A DNA stretch of 64,000 nucleotides from TPA_inf: Saccharomyces (taxonomy: Eukaryota): the NCBI GenBank assembly GCA_000146045.2, contig BK006948.2, positions 512,001-576,000 of the forward strand. The letters are read 5' to 3'. Below are positions 11,027 to 22,074 of the stretch, in pieces. Every line of letters starts with the position of its first letter. Within the stretch, counting starts at the first letter, position 1. Under the pieces are notes generated by a model. It saw only the letters and a program-made list of their open reading frames with translations, was not told the DNA's origin and did not search any database. Both the position numbers and the translations under genes were made by a program.

Positions 11027-12841
11027 ATGGTAAAACATTCGTTCATAGCGCTAGCTGAGCATGCTAGTAAACTAAGAAGGTCTATCCCACCCGTCAAACT
11101 GACTTATAAAAATATGCTACGGGACCCATCGGTAAAATATAGGGCGTTTGCTCCACCAAAAATGGTCAAGAGGATTTGGCCTGACAAAACTATTCAAAAG
11201 GCTCCACGTTGGCTGTCTACTGACTTGAGGGACGGTAATCAATCTTTACCGGACCCAATGTCTGTGGCTCAAAAGAAAGAATATTTCCACAAGTTGATCA
11301 ACATCGGTTTCAAAGAAATCGAAGTGTCTTTCCCCTCTGCATCTCAAACAGATTTCGACTTCACCAGGTATGCTGTAGAAAACGCTCCAGATGATGTTGG
11401 TATTCAATGTCTTGTCCAATCTAGAGAACACTTGATTAAAAGAACCGTGGAAGCATTGACTGGTGCTAAAAGGGCTACCATACATACTTACTTGGCCACA
11501 AGTGACATGTTCCGAGAAATTGTCTTCAATATGTCTAGAGAGGAAGCTATTTCTAAAGCTGTAGAAGCCACCAAACTGGTTAGGAAACTAACCAAGGATG
11601 ACCCTTCCCAGCAAGCTACTCGTTGGTCCTATGAGTTTTCTCCCGAATGTTTCAGTGATACGCCAGGTGAATTTGCTGTAGAAATTTGTGAAGCTGTTAA
11701 AAAGGCTTGGGAACCTACCGAGGAAAATCCGATCATTTTCAACTTACCAGCTACTGTAGAAGTTGCCTCTCCAAATGTTTACGCTGATCAAATTGAGTAC
11801 TTCTCTACCCACATTACTGAGCGTGAGAAGGTCTGTATTTCTACGCATTGTCACAATGACCGTGGTTGCGGTGTCGCCGCCACAGAATTAGGTATGCTTG
11901 CAGGCGCTGATCGTGTAGAAGGTTGTCTATTTGGTAATGGTGAACGTACAGGTAATGTTGATTTGGTTACAGTTGCCATGAATATGTATACCCAAGGTGT
12001 TTCTCCTAATTTAGATTTCTCAGATTTAACTTCAATTTCTGAAATTGTCCATCGCTGTAACAAGATTCCAATTCCCCCAAGAGCCCCATATGGCGGTGAA
12101 TTGGTTGTTTCTGCCTTTTCTGGTTCTCATCAGGATGCAATTAAGAAGGGATTTGCAATCCAAAACAAGAAACAGGCTCAAGGAGAAACTCGGTGGAGAA
12201 TTCCATACTTACCATTGGATCCAAAGGATATTGGACGTGATTACGAAGCCGTCATCAGAGTCAACTCTCAATCCGGTAAGGGTGGTGCTGCTTGGGTTAT
12301 TATGAGATCTCTAGGATTAGATGTACCAAGACCAATGCAAGTTGATTTCTCCAATACTCTACAGAAAAATGCAGATGCCTTAGGAAGAGAGTTAAAATCC
12401 GAAGAGATTACAAAATTGTTCAAAGAAACTTACAACTACAACAACAATGAACATATATACGTCACCTTGTTGAATTACGAAGTTAAGAAATTGAACCCAG
12501 AGCGTAGAGCTTTAGTGGGCCAGGTAGAAATCAACGATAAGGTTGTCAACATCGAAGGCTACGGAAATGGTCCTATCTCTTCTTTGGTGGATGCGCTATC
12601 CAATTTACTGAATGTTAAGTTGAGCGTTCAAAACTACTCTGAACATTCCTTGGGTTCTGGTTCTGCAACCCAAGCGGCATCTTTCATAAATCTTTCCTAC
12701 ATAAAGGACATCAATAATCATGCTACTAGTAATATGTGGGGTGTTGGTGTCTCCGAAGACACTGGGGATGCATCTATTAAGGCGGTATTTGCTACTGTCA
12801 ATAATATTATTCATTCCGGGGATGTTCTACTGGCAGAGTAA
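11027..12841 (+). CDS. LEU9: Alpha-isopropylmalate synthase II (mitochondrial minor isozyme), 604 aa.
   Basis: HMGL-like / IPMS catalytic core (HCHNDRGCGVAATELG, DxxLRDGNQ region near the N-terminus) plus a C-terminal LeuA dimerisation/regulatory domain. At 604 aa and on chromosome XV by synteny, this is LEU9 rather than LEU4. Confidence 0.9.
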   Translation: MVKHSFIALAEHASKLRRSIPPVKLTYKNMLRDPSVKYRAFAPPKMVKRIWPDKTIQKAPRWLSTDLRDGNQSLPDPMSVAQKKEYFHKLINIGFKEIEVSFPSASQTDFDFTRYAVENAPDDVGIQCLVQSREHLIKRTVEALTGAKRATIHTYLATSDMFREIVFNMSREEAISKAVEATKLVRKLTKDDPSQQATRWSYEFSPECFSDTPGEFAVEICEAVKKAWEPTEENPIIFNLPATVEVASPNVYADQIEYFSTHITEREKVCISTHCHNDRGCGVAATELGMLAGADRVEGCLFGNGERTGNVDLVTVAMNMYTQGVSPNLDFSDLTSISEIVHRCNKIPIPPRAPYGGELVVSAFSGSHQDAIKKGFAIQNKKQAQGETRWRIPYLPLDPKDIGRDYEAVIRVNSQSGKGGAAWVIMRSLGLDVPRPMQVDFSNTLQKNADALGRELKSEEITKLFKETYNYNNNEHIYVTLLNYEVKKLNPERRALVGQVEINDKVVNIEGYGNGPISSLVDALSNLLNVKLSVQNYSEHSLGSGSATQAASFINLSYIKDINNHATSNMWGVGVSEDTGDASIKAVFATVNNIIHSGDVLLAE

Positions 12842-13277
12842 TAGAAAGGAGTAGCTTATGATTACTCATGTTATATATATATGTATTTTTATTTATAAAT
12901 GGCACAGAAAAGTAACTTATTTCACGTTAAAAAGACATCTTTCAGCGAAGTTTCCAAACACTTCTTCGATGTCTGTGTGGAAAGTTTCTTTCGTTTATAG
13001 TTTTATTATTTTTTTTTGCTTTTTTTCCCATGGTACCATTTCCTTTCGTGAAACATTTTACCCAGGCCCACCCACCGCATAATCTTAACTGAATCCGAAT
13101 AGGGATTTTTCGAGCACTACTGCAACTGTTGAGTGAGCTAGGAGTAGTGTAATTTGAGACTTTGTGAAGGGAGAACAGTCAATATCCAATATCATATTAA
13201 GAAAGCTAGCAGTACCTTAAGAGGAAGAAAGAAAATAACTGGGGCGAAGAATATCTAGTTATCCACTCCTTCATAGA

Positions 13278-16200
13278 ATGATTATCTTTGTTTCAGAAGA
13301 ACCTGAAAGGAGGCTAGCCATTGTATCCAACTTGTATGCTCTTGTTCTTAAACCGGTTGGGAAAAAGCCATCTGATAAACCCCTTTGTGCCATTGAACTT
13401 CTTCAAAAAAATGATTTGAAAAAATATGGCTTCAAAAGACTTACATCACACGAAATTTTTGGTGTTATCGGACTCATTGAGGTTAATGGCCTGCTGTTTG
13501 TTGGTGCCATCACTGGGAAATCAAAAGTTGCACAGCCATGCCCAGGAGAGACTGTGAACAAAATTTTTGCTGTCGATTTTTTTTGTTTAAATGACAACAG
13601 TTGGGATTTTATTGAAATCGACTCCTCAGGTTATCCTGTGTTGCCGGAGACTGCTTCAACTGAATATCAAGACGCCTTGCCAAAACATCCATGCTATGAA
13701 TTGAAGAAACTATTATCCAATGGATCTTTTTATTATAGTTCAGATTTTGATTTGACCTCAACCTTACAGCATCGTGGATATGGTCAGCATTCTTTGAGTA
13801 CAGATACCTACGAAGAAGAATATATGTGGAACTCTTTTCTCATGCAAGAAATGATCACATACAGAGATCATTTGGACACAAATTTGAAACAAATCTTGGA
13901 TGACGAGGGGTTTTTAACAACAGTTATCCGTGGATTTGCGGAAACTTTCGTCTCGTACGTTAAGAAGTTGAAAGTTGCTCTTACTATCATCTCGAAACAG
14001 AGCTGGAAAAGAGCAGGAACAAGATTTAATGCACGTGGTGTGGATGATGAGGCAAACGTTGCCAATTTCGTAGAAACGGAATTCATTATGTATTCTAGCC
14101 AATACTGTTATGCTTTTACACAGATTAGAGGCAGTATACCTGTATTCTGGGAGCAAGGTACCTCTTTAATCAATCCAAGAGTACAAATTACAAGATCATT
14201 TGAAGCCACCCAACCGGTATTTGACAAACATATCATGAAATCAGTGGAAAAGTACGGACCTGTGCATGTCGTTAATTTGTTATCAACGAAATCTTCTGAA
14301 ATTGAACTTTCAAAACGATACAAGGAGCATTTAACTCATTCAAAAAAATTGAACTTCAACAAAGATATATTTTTGACAGAATTCGATTTTCATAAAGAAA
14401 CTTCGCAAGAAGGCTTTTCCGGTGTCAGAAAACTCATTCCATTAATATTGGACTCTCTTTTATCTTCTGGCTATTATTCTTACGATGTTAGAGAAAAAAA
14501 GAACATATCTGAACAACATGGCATATTTAGGACCAACTGTTTAGATTGTTTGGATAGAACAAATTTAGCTCAGCAAATTATTTCTTTGGCTGCTTTTAGA
14601 ACTTTTCTCGAAGATTTCCGATTGATTAGTTCAAATTCGTTCATCGACGATGATGATTTCGTTTCTAAACATAACACCCTGTGGGCTGATCACGGTGATC
14701 AAATTTCCCAAATATATACTGGTACTAATGCTTTGAAGTCCTCATTTTCAAGAAAAGGTAAAATGTCACTTGCTGGGGCATTATCAGACGCCACAAAATC
14801 GGTCAGCAGAATATATATTAACAATTTCATGGATAAAGAAAAGCAACAAAATATCGATACTTTGTTGGGAAGGTTACCGTATCAGAAAGCAGTGCAACTT
14901 TATGATCCCGTAAACGAATACGTAAGTACGAAATTACAAAGCATGTCTGATAAGTTCACATCAACCTCCAACATTAACTTGTTAATAGGATCATTCAATG
15001 TTAATGGCGCAACCAAAAAAGTTGATTTATCAAAGTGGTTATTTCCAATCGGTGAAAAATTTAAACCCGATATTGTTGTTTTAGGTCTTCAAGAAGTTAT
15101 AGAACTATCTGCGGGTTCGATTTTGAACGCTGATTACTCGAAAAGCTCTTTCTGGGAAAACTTAGTGGGTGATTGCTTAAACCAGTATGATGATAAATAT
15201 CTGTTGTTAAGAGTAGAGCAAATGACTTCTTTACTAATTTTATTTTTTGTTAAAGCAGACAAAGCTAAATACGTCAAACAAGTGGAGGGTGCTACTAAAA
15301 AAACTGGCTTTAGGGGTATGGCTGGGAATAAAGGTGCAGTGTCTATAAGATTTGAGTACGGTGCCACTTCATTTTGTTTTGTCAATTCTCATCTCGCAGC
15401 AGGAGCTACGAATGTCGAAGAACGTCGAAGTGATTACGAGAGCATAGTTAGAGGTATTACTTTCACTAGAACTAAGATGATTCCTCATCACGATTCGATT
15501 TTCTGGTTAGGTGACATGAATTATAGAATAAATCTACCGAACGAAGACGTCAGAAGAGAGTTGCTCAACCAAGAAGAAGGATATATCGATAAACTGTTGC
15601 ATTTTGATCAACTTACCCTAGGTATTAATTCTGGCAGTGTATTTGAAGGCTTCAAAGAACCAACTCTCAAGTTCCGTCCAACATACAAGTATGATCCCGG
15701 GACAGGAACTTATGATTCTTCTGAAAAGGAAAGGACGCCGTCATGGACAGATAGAATTATTTATAAAGGGGAAAACTTACTTCCTTTATCTTATTCAGAT
15801 GCTCCGATAATGATTAGCGACCATCGGCCAGTTTACGCAGCATATAGAGCAAAAATAACTTTTGTTGATGATAAAGAGAGACTATCTCTCAAGAAACGTT
15901 TATTCACAGAATACAAACAAGAGCATCCCGAAGAACCGGGTTCTCTGATATCGGATCTTCTCAGCCTTGATCTGGATAATAAGAGCACTGATGGATTCAA
16001 AAGCTCTTCTGAAAGTTCTCTACTTGATATTGATCCGATAATGGCACAACCGACAGCGTCCAGCGTTGCTTCTTCGTCACCTGTGTCTTCAGCATCGGCT
16101 TCACTACAACCTGTCAGAACTCAAAACAGTAGCCAGTCGCGTACCCCCATAAAGAAACCGGTATTGCGCCCCCCACCCCCACCTGCTCATAAATCTGTAT

Positions 16201-16601
16201 CAGCACCTGCTCCTTCAACATCGAAGGAAAAATCACCAACACCACAGACCTCAACTGCATCGTTGTCATCTGTGACTAAAAATATACAGGAAAATAAACC
16301 ATTGGCGCAAAATAGACGAATTCCACCACCAGGTTTTAGTCAAAATATATTAACTCCAAAAAGTACCAGTAACTTGGCTTCGCCTATGTCTTCTAAGGTT
16401 GATTTATATAATAGCGCGAGTGAATCTACACGTTCAGCCCAAGATGCAAGACAACAGACACCTACAGCATTTGCAGCATCAAGAGACGTCAATGGGCAGC
16501 CCGAAGCTTTGCTAGGTGATGAAAATCCAATTGAGCCAGAGGAAAAGGCCAAACTAAACCATATGACTTTAGACTCATGGCAGCCATTGACCCCAAAATG
16601 A
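13278..16601 (+). CDS. INP53: Synaptojanin-like polyphosphoinositide phosphatase (Sac1 domain plus inositol 5-phosphatase domain plus Pro-rich tail), 1107 aa.
   Basis: Sac1 catalytic CX5R(T/S) motif (CLDCLDRTN), 5-phosphatase motifs (WLGDMNYRI, PSWTDRI), and a proline-rich C-terminal region (PVLRPPPPPAHKSV...). Confidence 0.9.
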   Translation: MIIFVSEEPERRLAIVSNLYALVLKPVGKKPSDKPLCAIELLQKNDLKKYGFKRLTSHEIFGVIGLIEVNGLLFVGAITGKSKVAQPCPGETVNKIFAVDFFCLNDNSWDFIEIDSSGYPVLPETASTEYQDALPKHPCYELKKLLSNGSFYYSSDFDLTSTLQHRGYGQHSLSTDTYEEEYMWNSFLMQEMITYRDHLDTNLKQILDDEGFLTTVIRGFAETFVSYVKKLKVALTIISKQSWKRAGTRFNARGVDDEANVANFVETEFIMYSSQYCYAFTQIRGSIPVFWEQGTSLINPRVQITRSFEATQPVFDKHIMKSVEKYGPVHVVNLLSTKSSEIELSKRYKEHLTHSKKLNFNKDIFLTEFDFHKETSQEGFSGVRKLIPLILDSLLSSGYYSYDVREKKNISEQHGIFRTNCLDCLDRTNLAQQIISLAAFRTFLEDFRLISSNSFIDDDDFVSKHNTLWADHGDQISQIYTGTNALKSSFSRKGKMSLAGALSDATKSVSRIYINNFMDKEKQQNIDTLLGRLPYQKAVQLYDPVNEYVSTKLQSMSDKFTSTSNINLLIGSFNVNGATKKVDLSKWLFPIGEKFKPDIVVLGLQEVIELSAGSILNADYSKSSFWENLVGDCLNQYDDKYLLLRVEQMTSLLILFFVKADKAKYVKQVEGATKKTGFRGMAGNKGAVSIRFEYGATSFCFVNSHLAAGATNVEERRSDYESIVRGITFTRTKMIPHHDSIFWLGDMNYRINLPNEDVRRELLNQEEGYIDKLLHFDQLTLGINSGSVFEGFKEPTLKFRPTYKYDPGTGTYDSSEKERTPSWTDRIIYKGENLLPLSYSDAPIMISDHRPVYAAYRAKITFVDDKERLSLKKRLFTEYKQEHPEEPGSLISDLLSLDLDNKSTDGFKSSSESSLLDIDPIMAQPTASSVASSSPVSSASASLQPVRTQNSSQSRTPIKKPVLRPPPPPAHKSVSAPAPSTSKEKSPTPQTSTASLSSVTKNIQENKPLAQNRRIPPPGFSQNILTPKSTSNLASPMSSKVDLYNSASESTRSAQDARQQTPTAFAASRDVNGQPEALLGDENPIEPEEKAKLNHMTLDSWQPLTPK

Positions 16602-16940
16602 GAATATGTTATCTTTGAAGTGTGGTTGTTGTTCCGTTTGTATCCCTTTAAATGAACGAAGAGAAACAAGGGGGCTAACCTGGCCAGGTTGTTTTATGTG
16701 ATTTTATTTAGATAAATATTTATATAAATATTCAGTGAGAGAAAAGGAGTGCGTTAATAAGGCGCGCCGGGTTTAAAGCTGAAAAATAGGACACATTAAT
16801 ATATATACGTTAAATATTGGTGAATACTTATGGGCAAGGTGGAAGAGAATCTCTACTATCCATAAATCCTCAGTAGGCTTTCCCCTAATTACCTTCATTT
16901 TTCTACCTCAATAACATATTACTCCTTTTCAATACATTTT

Positions 16941-18248
16941 ATGGTGGTGAACACGATATATATCGCAAGGCATGGATACAGATCCAACTGGCTTCCGGAG
17001 GGTCCATATCCTGACCCACTTACAGGAATTGATAGCGATGTTCCTTTAGCAGAACACGGAGTCCAGCAAGCCAAAGAGTTGGCCCATTACCTTTTGTCCT
17101 TGGATAATCAACCAGAGGCCGCCTTCGCTTCTCCATTTTATAGATGTCTTGAGACTGTACAACCGATAGCTAAGCTGTTAGAAATACCTGTTTATCTAGA
17201 AAGGGGTATCGGGGAATGGTATAGACCTGATAGAAAACCTGTTATTCCAGTACCTGCTGGATATGAGATACTAAGCAAATTTTTTCCAGGTGTCATTAGC
17301 CAAGAATGGGACTCTACATTAACACCAAATGAAAAGGGTGAGACAGAACAGGAGATGTATATGAGATTCAAAAAATTTTGGCCCTTATTTATTGAACGTG
17401 TAGAAAAGGAATATCCAAATGTTGAGTGCATACTGTTGGTCACACACGCTGCATCTAAGATTGCCCTTGGAATGAGCTTGCTGGGATACGATAATCCTCG
17501 GATGTCTTTGAATGAAAATGGTGATAAAATAAGAAGTGGTAGTTGCTCATTAGACAAATACGAAATTCTTAAAAAAAGCTACGATACTATAGATGAAACT
17601 GATGATCAAACATCCTTTACCTATATACCATTTAGTGACAGAAAATGGGTTTTAACGATGAATGGGAATACCGAGTTTTTGAGTAGTGGTGAAGAAATGA
17701 ATTGGAATTTTGATTGTGTGGCAGAAGCTGGTTCAGATGCTGATATCAAAAAGAGACAAATGACAAAAAAAACCAGCTCACCAATACCAGAAGCAGATGA
17801 TCAAACGGAAGTAGAAACCGTTTATATCAGTGTTGATATTCCCAGCGGCAATTACAAAGAGAGGACCGAGATAGCAAAGAGCGCAATTTTACAATATTCC
17901 GGTTTAGAAACAGATGCTCCGTTGTTTAGAATCGGAAATAGATTGTATGAGGGAAGCTGGGAGAGACTTGTTGGCACGGAGCTTGCTTTCCCAAATGCTG
18001 CACATGTACATAAAAAGACAGCCGGTCTACTATCACCGACTGAAGAGAATGAAACAACAAATGCTGGTCAAAGTAAAGGCTCATCGACTGCCAACGACCC
18101 AAACATACAAATACAAGAAGAAGACGTTGGACTACCGGATTCAACTAACACAAGTAGAGATCACACGGGAGATAAAGAAGAGGTTCAATCAGAAAAGATT
18201 TATAGAATAAAAGAGAGGATAGTGCTAAGCAATGTCCGCCCTATGTAA
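16941..18248 (+). CDS. TFC7: TFIIIC tau55 subunit with an N-terminal histidine-phosphatase (phosphoglycerate-mutase-like) domain, 435 aa.
   Basis: The N-terminus carries the RHG catalytic motif of the histidine phosphatase superfamily (YIARHGYRSNW). Length and synteny match YOR110W. Confidence 0.85.
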   Translation: MVVNTIYIARHGYRSNWLPEGPYPDPLTGIDSDVPLAEHGVQQAKELAHYLLSLDNQPEAAFASPFYRCLETVQPIAKLLEIPVYLERGIGEWYRPDRKPVIPVPAGYEILSKFFPGVISQEWDSTLTPNEKGETEQEMYMRFKKFWPLFIERVEKEYPNVECILLVTHAASKIALGMSLLGYDNPRMSLNENGDKIRSGSCSLDKYEILKKSYDTIDETDDQTSFTYIPFSDRKWVLTMNGNTEFLSSGEEMNWNFDCVAEAGSDADIKKRQMTKKTSSPIPEADDQTEVETVYISVDIPSGNYKERTEIAKSAILQYSGLETDAPLFRIGNRLYEGSWERLVGTELAFPNAAHVHKKTAGLLSPTEENETTNAGQSKGSSTANDPNIQIQEEDVGLPDSTNTSRDHTGDKEEVQSEKIYRIKERIVLSNVRPM

Positions 18249-18428
18249 TATGTATTTTGTAGCAGCAGCAACCTTATTTAAAGAACACAGGTGCATCTGC
18301 TTGTTTATTACCTTTCGTGTATTTTACCAGACGAAAAGCGTGAAGAGACGTAAGGGCAAAATAACCCAGTTGAACACAAGAAAGGAACATCTGACCGCAT
18401 CAAAAAAAGAGCACATTCACCAAACGTA

Positions 18429-19127
18429 ATGTCTGGAAATAGTCAACTGCCACCCGACGTAATCGGGTTTATATGTTCTAAGTATGATATCATTTTGGCC
18501 AGCACCTCTCCACGGAGGTATGAAATTTTACACGATATAATGGGAATCACCGATTTAAAAACAATGGTTTCTACTTTTGAAGAGAATCTTGATAAAATGA
18601 ATTATTCTACCGATCCGATTGGATATGTGTGCGATACTAGCTGGCATAAAGCGCAGAATATAATCGAGATTTTGACAGATTACGAAGATGAAAACCCAAA
18701 TGAAATTGATAAACCTAAGCTTATCATATGTGCAGACACAATTATTATAGATAAGAGTGGGAGAATCTACGAGAAGCCTAAAACAAAAGAGGTCCAAAAG
18801 AAGTTTTTAATGAAGTTTTGCTATGAAGATGATGAACCAGTTAACGTTGTCACCGCTGTGACTTTAATTAAATGGTACGGCAGAGAAAACTTTGAATTGG
18901 TACCATTCCGAGATGAAACCAAGGTATACTTTGATAACAAAATACCTTTGAGAATATTGGAAGAATATGTAGAAAGCGGAGATGGGCTGGAGGTTGGCGG
19001 TGGATTTAAAATACAAGGGCAAGGTGCTATTCTAATTGAAAAAATTGAAGGTGATTACTATAACGTAGTTGGTTTACCGCTCAATAAAACGTTCAAAGGA
19101 CTCTATGCTGAGGCTAATTCCATATAA
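18429..19127 (+). CDS. Maf/Ham1-like nucleotide pyrophosphatase family protein, 232 aa (YOR111W).
   Basis: Maf-family pattern (ILASTSPRRYEIL near the N-terminus; conserved acidic/Lys positions). Length matches YOR111W. Confidence 0.75.
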   Translation: MSGNSQLPPDVIGFICSKYDIILASTSPRRYEILHDIMGITDLKTMVSTFEENLDKMNYSTDPIGYVCDTSWHKAQNIIEILTDYEDENPNEIDKPKLIICADTIIIDKSGRIYEKPKTKEVQKKFLMKFCYEDDEPVNVVTAVTLIKWYGRENFELVPFRDETKVYFDNKIPLRILEEYVESGDGLEVGGGFKIQGQGAILIEKIEGDYYNVVGLPLNKTFKGLYAEANSI

Positions 19128-19507
19128 CCTTCGTTTAGGTTTTCTTTGGTGTTGCTCAGTTAACTATGTTAATCTTTGCAACACCAGAAGAATGAGTGGA
19201 ACGGATATTAAAGGCCACATTGGTGAATAGATACATGCGCTAAATAACACGGCTATTAACATTCTACGAGACAGTTTTTCGATTGATGGTAAAGAAAGTT
19301 TAAAGCAATACGCATTTTGAATTTCACGCTTTCGCGCACATCTTCTATTTTTTTCACCTTCAAAAAGGCCCTTTCTCTTTGTCTGTTTATATTATGATTA
19401 TATTAAATATAAGTATCTTAAAAACAATAATATCGTCAAGTTATTTAGTCGAGAGTTTGACACTGTTACTATCGTTGCTTTTATTGGTGAACAAGTATCT
19501 GTAAGTG

Positions 19508-21793
19508 ATGAATTTTTCCAGCATTTTCAAATCTATTTCGAATTTCCAGTTCCCATACACCATAGAGGAAACTGCAATCACTGAAACCGCCCTTTGGCAA
19601 TGTTTCGATGGTACAAGGAAGGCAGATTCCTTGCCAGTAACAGTTTTTAAGGCAAAAAGATCTCCAGAAAATGAATCTTTAATTTTAAATGCTGTACACA
19701 AGAGCAAAATTTTGAAGATTCCAGGACTTTGTACGGTGCTGGAGACATTTGATTCCGACCCCCAATCCACATTTATTGTTACCGAACGAGTAGTTCCATT
19801 TCCTTGGGATAATCTAGGCTCTTTATCTCAAAACAAATTTGGTGTTGAATTAGGAATATCACAATTATTGGCAACTTTAGGATTTTTAAAAAACTTTGTC
19901 CTTGGTACGCTTTCTAAAGATTCTGTTTTTATCAATATTAAGGGAGAGTGGGTACTATTTGGGCTAGAACTTTGTTCAAGCAAAGAAGGATTAAGTGCGT
20001 TTGAATTTGCCAGTAGAGCGAGGTCATATTACAACATAATTGGCTCACAGTTGCCCTGTGAAGATCCGAATACAATTGATTCAATGGGGTTAGGATTGTT
20101 GATAAAGAGCCTTATGGCTCCTTCTTGTCTGCCCAAAGATTGGATTGTCAATGTAAATATGATTTCAGATGGAAAGATAACAATCGAAAACTTCAGAAAA
20201 AGGCTAGAAAATACAGAAACTTGGCGTTCTAATCCTTTGATAAACTTTTATCAAGAATTGAGGGAGTTGCATATAAAGGACCCACAGGGAAAATTGGTTG
20301 TGATGTCAAACTTGGAAAATTTGTATTTAGAGTCAAGAGAGATTTTCCGTAATTTAACGCCTGGAATGATAGAAAATTTTATTATTCCAGAGCTTTGTGA
20401 AATTATAAAATTATTAATGACACAAAGCATCAGTAGTGCTGCCAGCCCTATAGGCATGAACTTCAACGCATCACATAAACTAGTACCATTCTTAGCGATT
20501 GTTTTAGACCTAACTTCTGAAACGAACACCTTTCCAGTTGGTTTCAACGACCTTATCACCCAAAGTTTTAAACTGCCAGATAGGCAAGTAAGATTTCTTT
20601 TACTAATATACCTACCCAAATTAATAGGTCCATTGAGCAAATCAGAGATCTCCAGTAGGATATATCCACATTTTATCCAAGGTCTGACCGACTCTGATGC
20701 CACTCTTAGATTACAAACACTGAAGACAATTCCATGCATTGTGTCATGTTTAACAGAGAGACAACTGAATAATGAGCTACTGAGGTTTCTCGCAAAAACA
20801 CAGGTTGATTCTGACGTTGAAATCCGAACATGGACAGTCATCATAATAAGTAAAATCTCAACCATATTATCAACGTCAGTTGGTAATCGCTCGAATATTT
20901 TAGCTACGGCGTTCACAAAATCTTTGAAAGATCCTCAAGTAAAACCAAGATTGGCTGCTCTTTATGGGCTTGAGAAGTCGATTGAGCTGTTTGATGTGAA
21001 CACAATCGCCAACAAAATTTTAACAGTCATTGCCCCTGGTTTATTAGATAAAAGTCCCATAGTAAGAGGCAGAGCCAAAATCCTGTTCGAAGAATATCTG
21101 GAAAAATTGGAAAAAGAAGCCCAACTTATTCAAACAAACGATAGTACTGCAGATTCGGAAGATGTGAAAGATATTGATTTTGAGAATTACGGTTGTGATG
21201 AAGAGGATATGAATAAAGAAGACAATTTGTTAGCCGCACAATTTTTAAATAATTTACGTTTAAATTCTCCCTCAGCAACAACACCAAGTAACATTACCGA
21301 GAGCGAAATTGATTCCGCCCAGGATGGAAGTGGATGGGACGACCTCAGCGATACCGATGGCTTTATTACAAATGGTACCACAGAATCCTTCGATGAAACA
21401 ACAAACCCTGTAACAACCGCAAGCACCCCAAAATTATTCGGAAAACCTATTAAAATTAATAAAAGTTGGAATGATGAGTTGAATGATGATGGCTGGATTC
21501 AAGATGAAAGCGGCCCATCAAAGGTGCCTCAAAAACACACAAGGCCACAAAATTCAACGTTGGCAAAATCCATCGCTCCTAGCTCAAGGCTTTCTATCAA
21601 GAAGAAGAAAACAACGATCCTAGCACCAAGAAACATTGCTAGTAACTCTACTGTTACCACCAAATCGTCACTGTCCAATAAAACTGCAAGAAGTAAGCCT
21701 ATAAGTAGTATCCGCGGCTCGGTAACCAAGAAAGGAAATGTTGACGGCTGGGATGATGATGGGGATTCAGACTCCTGGGATACGAATTGGTGA
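19508..21793 (+). CDS. CEX1: Cytoplasmic tRNA export factor with a pseudokinase N-terminus and HEAT-like repeats (SCYL1-like), 761 aa.
   Basis: 761 codons counted from the second Met of the ORF (the track starts MMNF...). The C-terminus is acidic and Ser-rich with DGWDDD repeats. Synteny with TFC7/AZF1. Confidence 0.8.
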   Translation: MNFSSIFKSISNFQFPYTIEETAITETALWQCFDGTRKADSLPVTVFKAKRSPENESLILNAVHKSKILKIPGLCTVLETFDSDPQSTFIVTERVVPFPWDNLGSLSQNKFGVELGISQLLATLGFLKNFVLGTLSKDSVFINIKGEWVLFGLELCSSKEGLSAFEFASRARSYYNIIGSQLPCEDPNTIDSMGLGLLIKSLMAPSCLPKDWIVNVNMISDGKITIENFRKRLENTETWRSNPLINFYQELRELHIKDPQGKLVVMSNLENLYLESREIFRNLTPGMIENFIIPELCEIIKLLMTQSISSAASPIGMNFNASHKLVPFLAIVLDLTSETNTFPVGFNDLITQSFKLPDRQVRFLLLIYLPKLIGPLSKSEISSRIYPHFIQGLTDSDATLRLQTLKTIPCIVSCLTERQLNNELLRFLAKTQVDSDVEIRTWTVIIISKISTILSTSVGNRSNILATAFTKSLKDPQVKPRLAALYGLEKSIELFDVNTIANKILTVIAPGLLDKSPIVRGRAKILFEEYLEKLEKEAQLIQTNDSTADSEDVKDIDFENYGCDEEDMNKEDNLLAAQFLNNLRLNSPSATTPSNITESEIDSAQDGSGWDDLSDTDGFITNGTTESFDETTNPVTTASTPKLFGKPIKINKSWNDELNDDGWIQDESGPSKVPQKHTRPQNSTLAKSIAPSSRLSIKKKKTTILAPRNIASNSTVTTKSSLSNKTARSKPISSIRGSVTKKGNVDGWDDDGDSDSWDTNW

Positions 21794-22074
21794 TCCCAAG
21801 ACTTATATAGCCCTACGTATTGTAGAAGGATATATTCAGTGTTAATCGTTATTTAGAAACATTACGCCCGTGCCCCGCGATTTCGCTTCTTTGAGAAGTG
21901 GAGGAAAAGAAGGGTCCCTTTAATTCCAGTAGAAATGAAGCATAAGCAAGAAGAGTCATCAGAAAAGGGAACCTTGTAGTACTATAGATGGTCCCACAGA
22001 GAAATTAATTGGGACAAAAACAGCTACACAAGCGATATACTTCAAAAGATTCAGATATTGAAAAATTACCAGCC

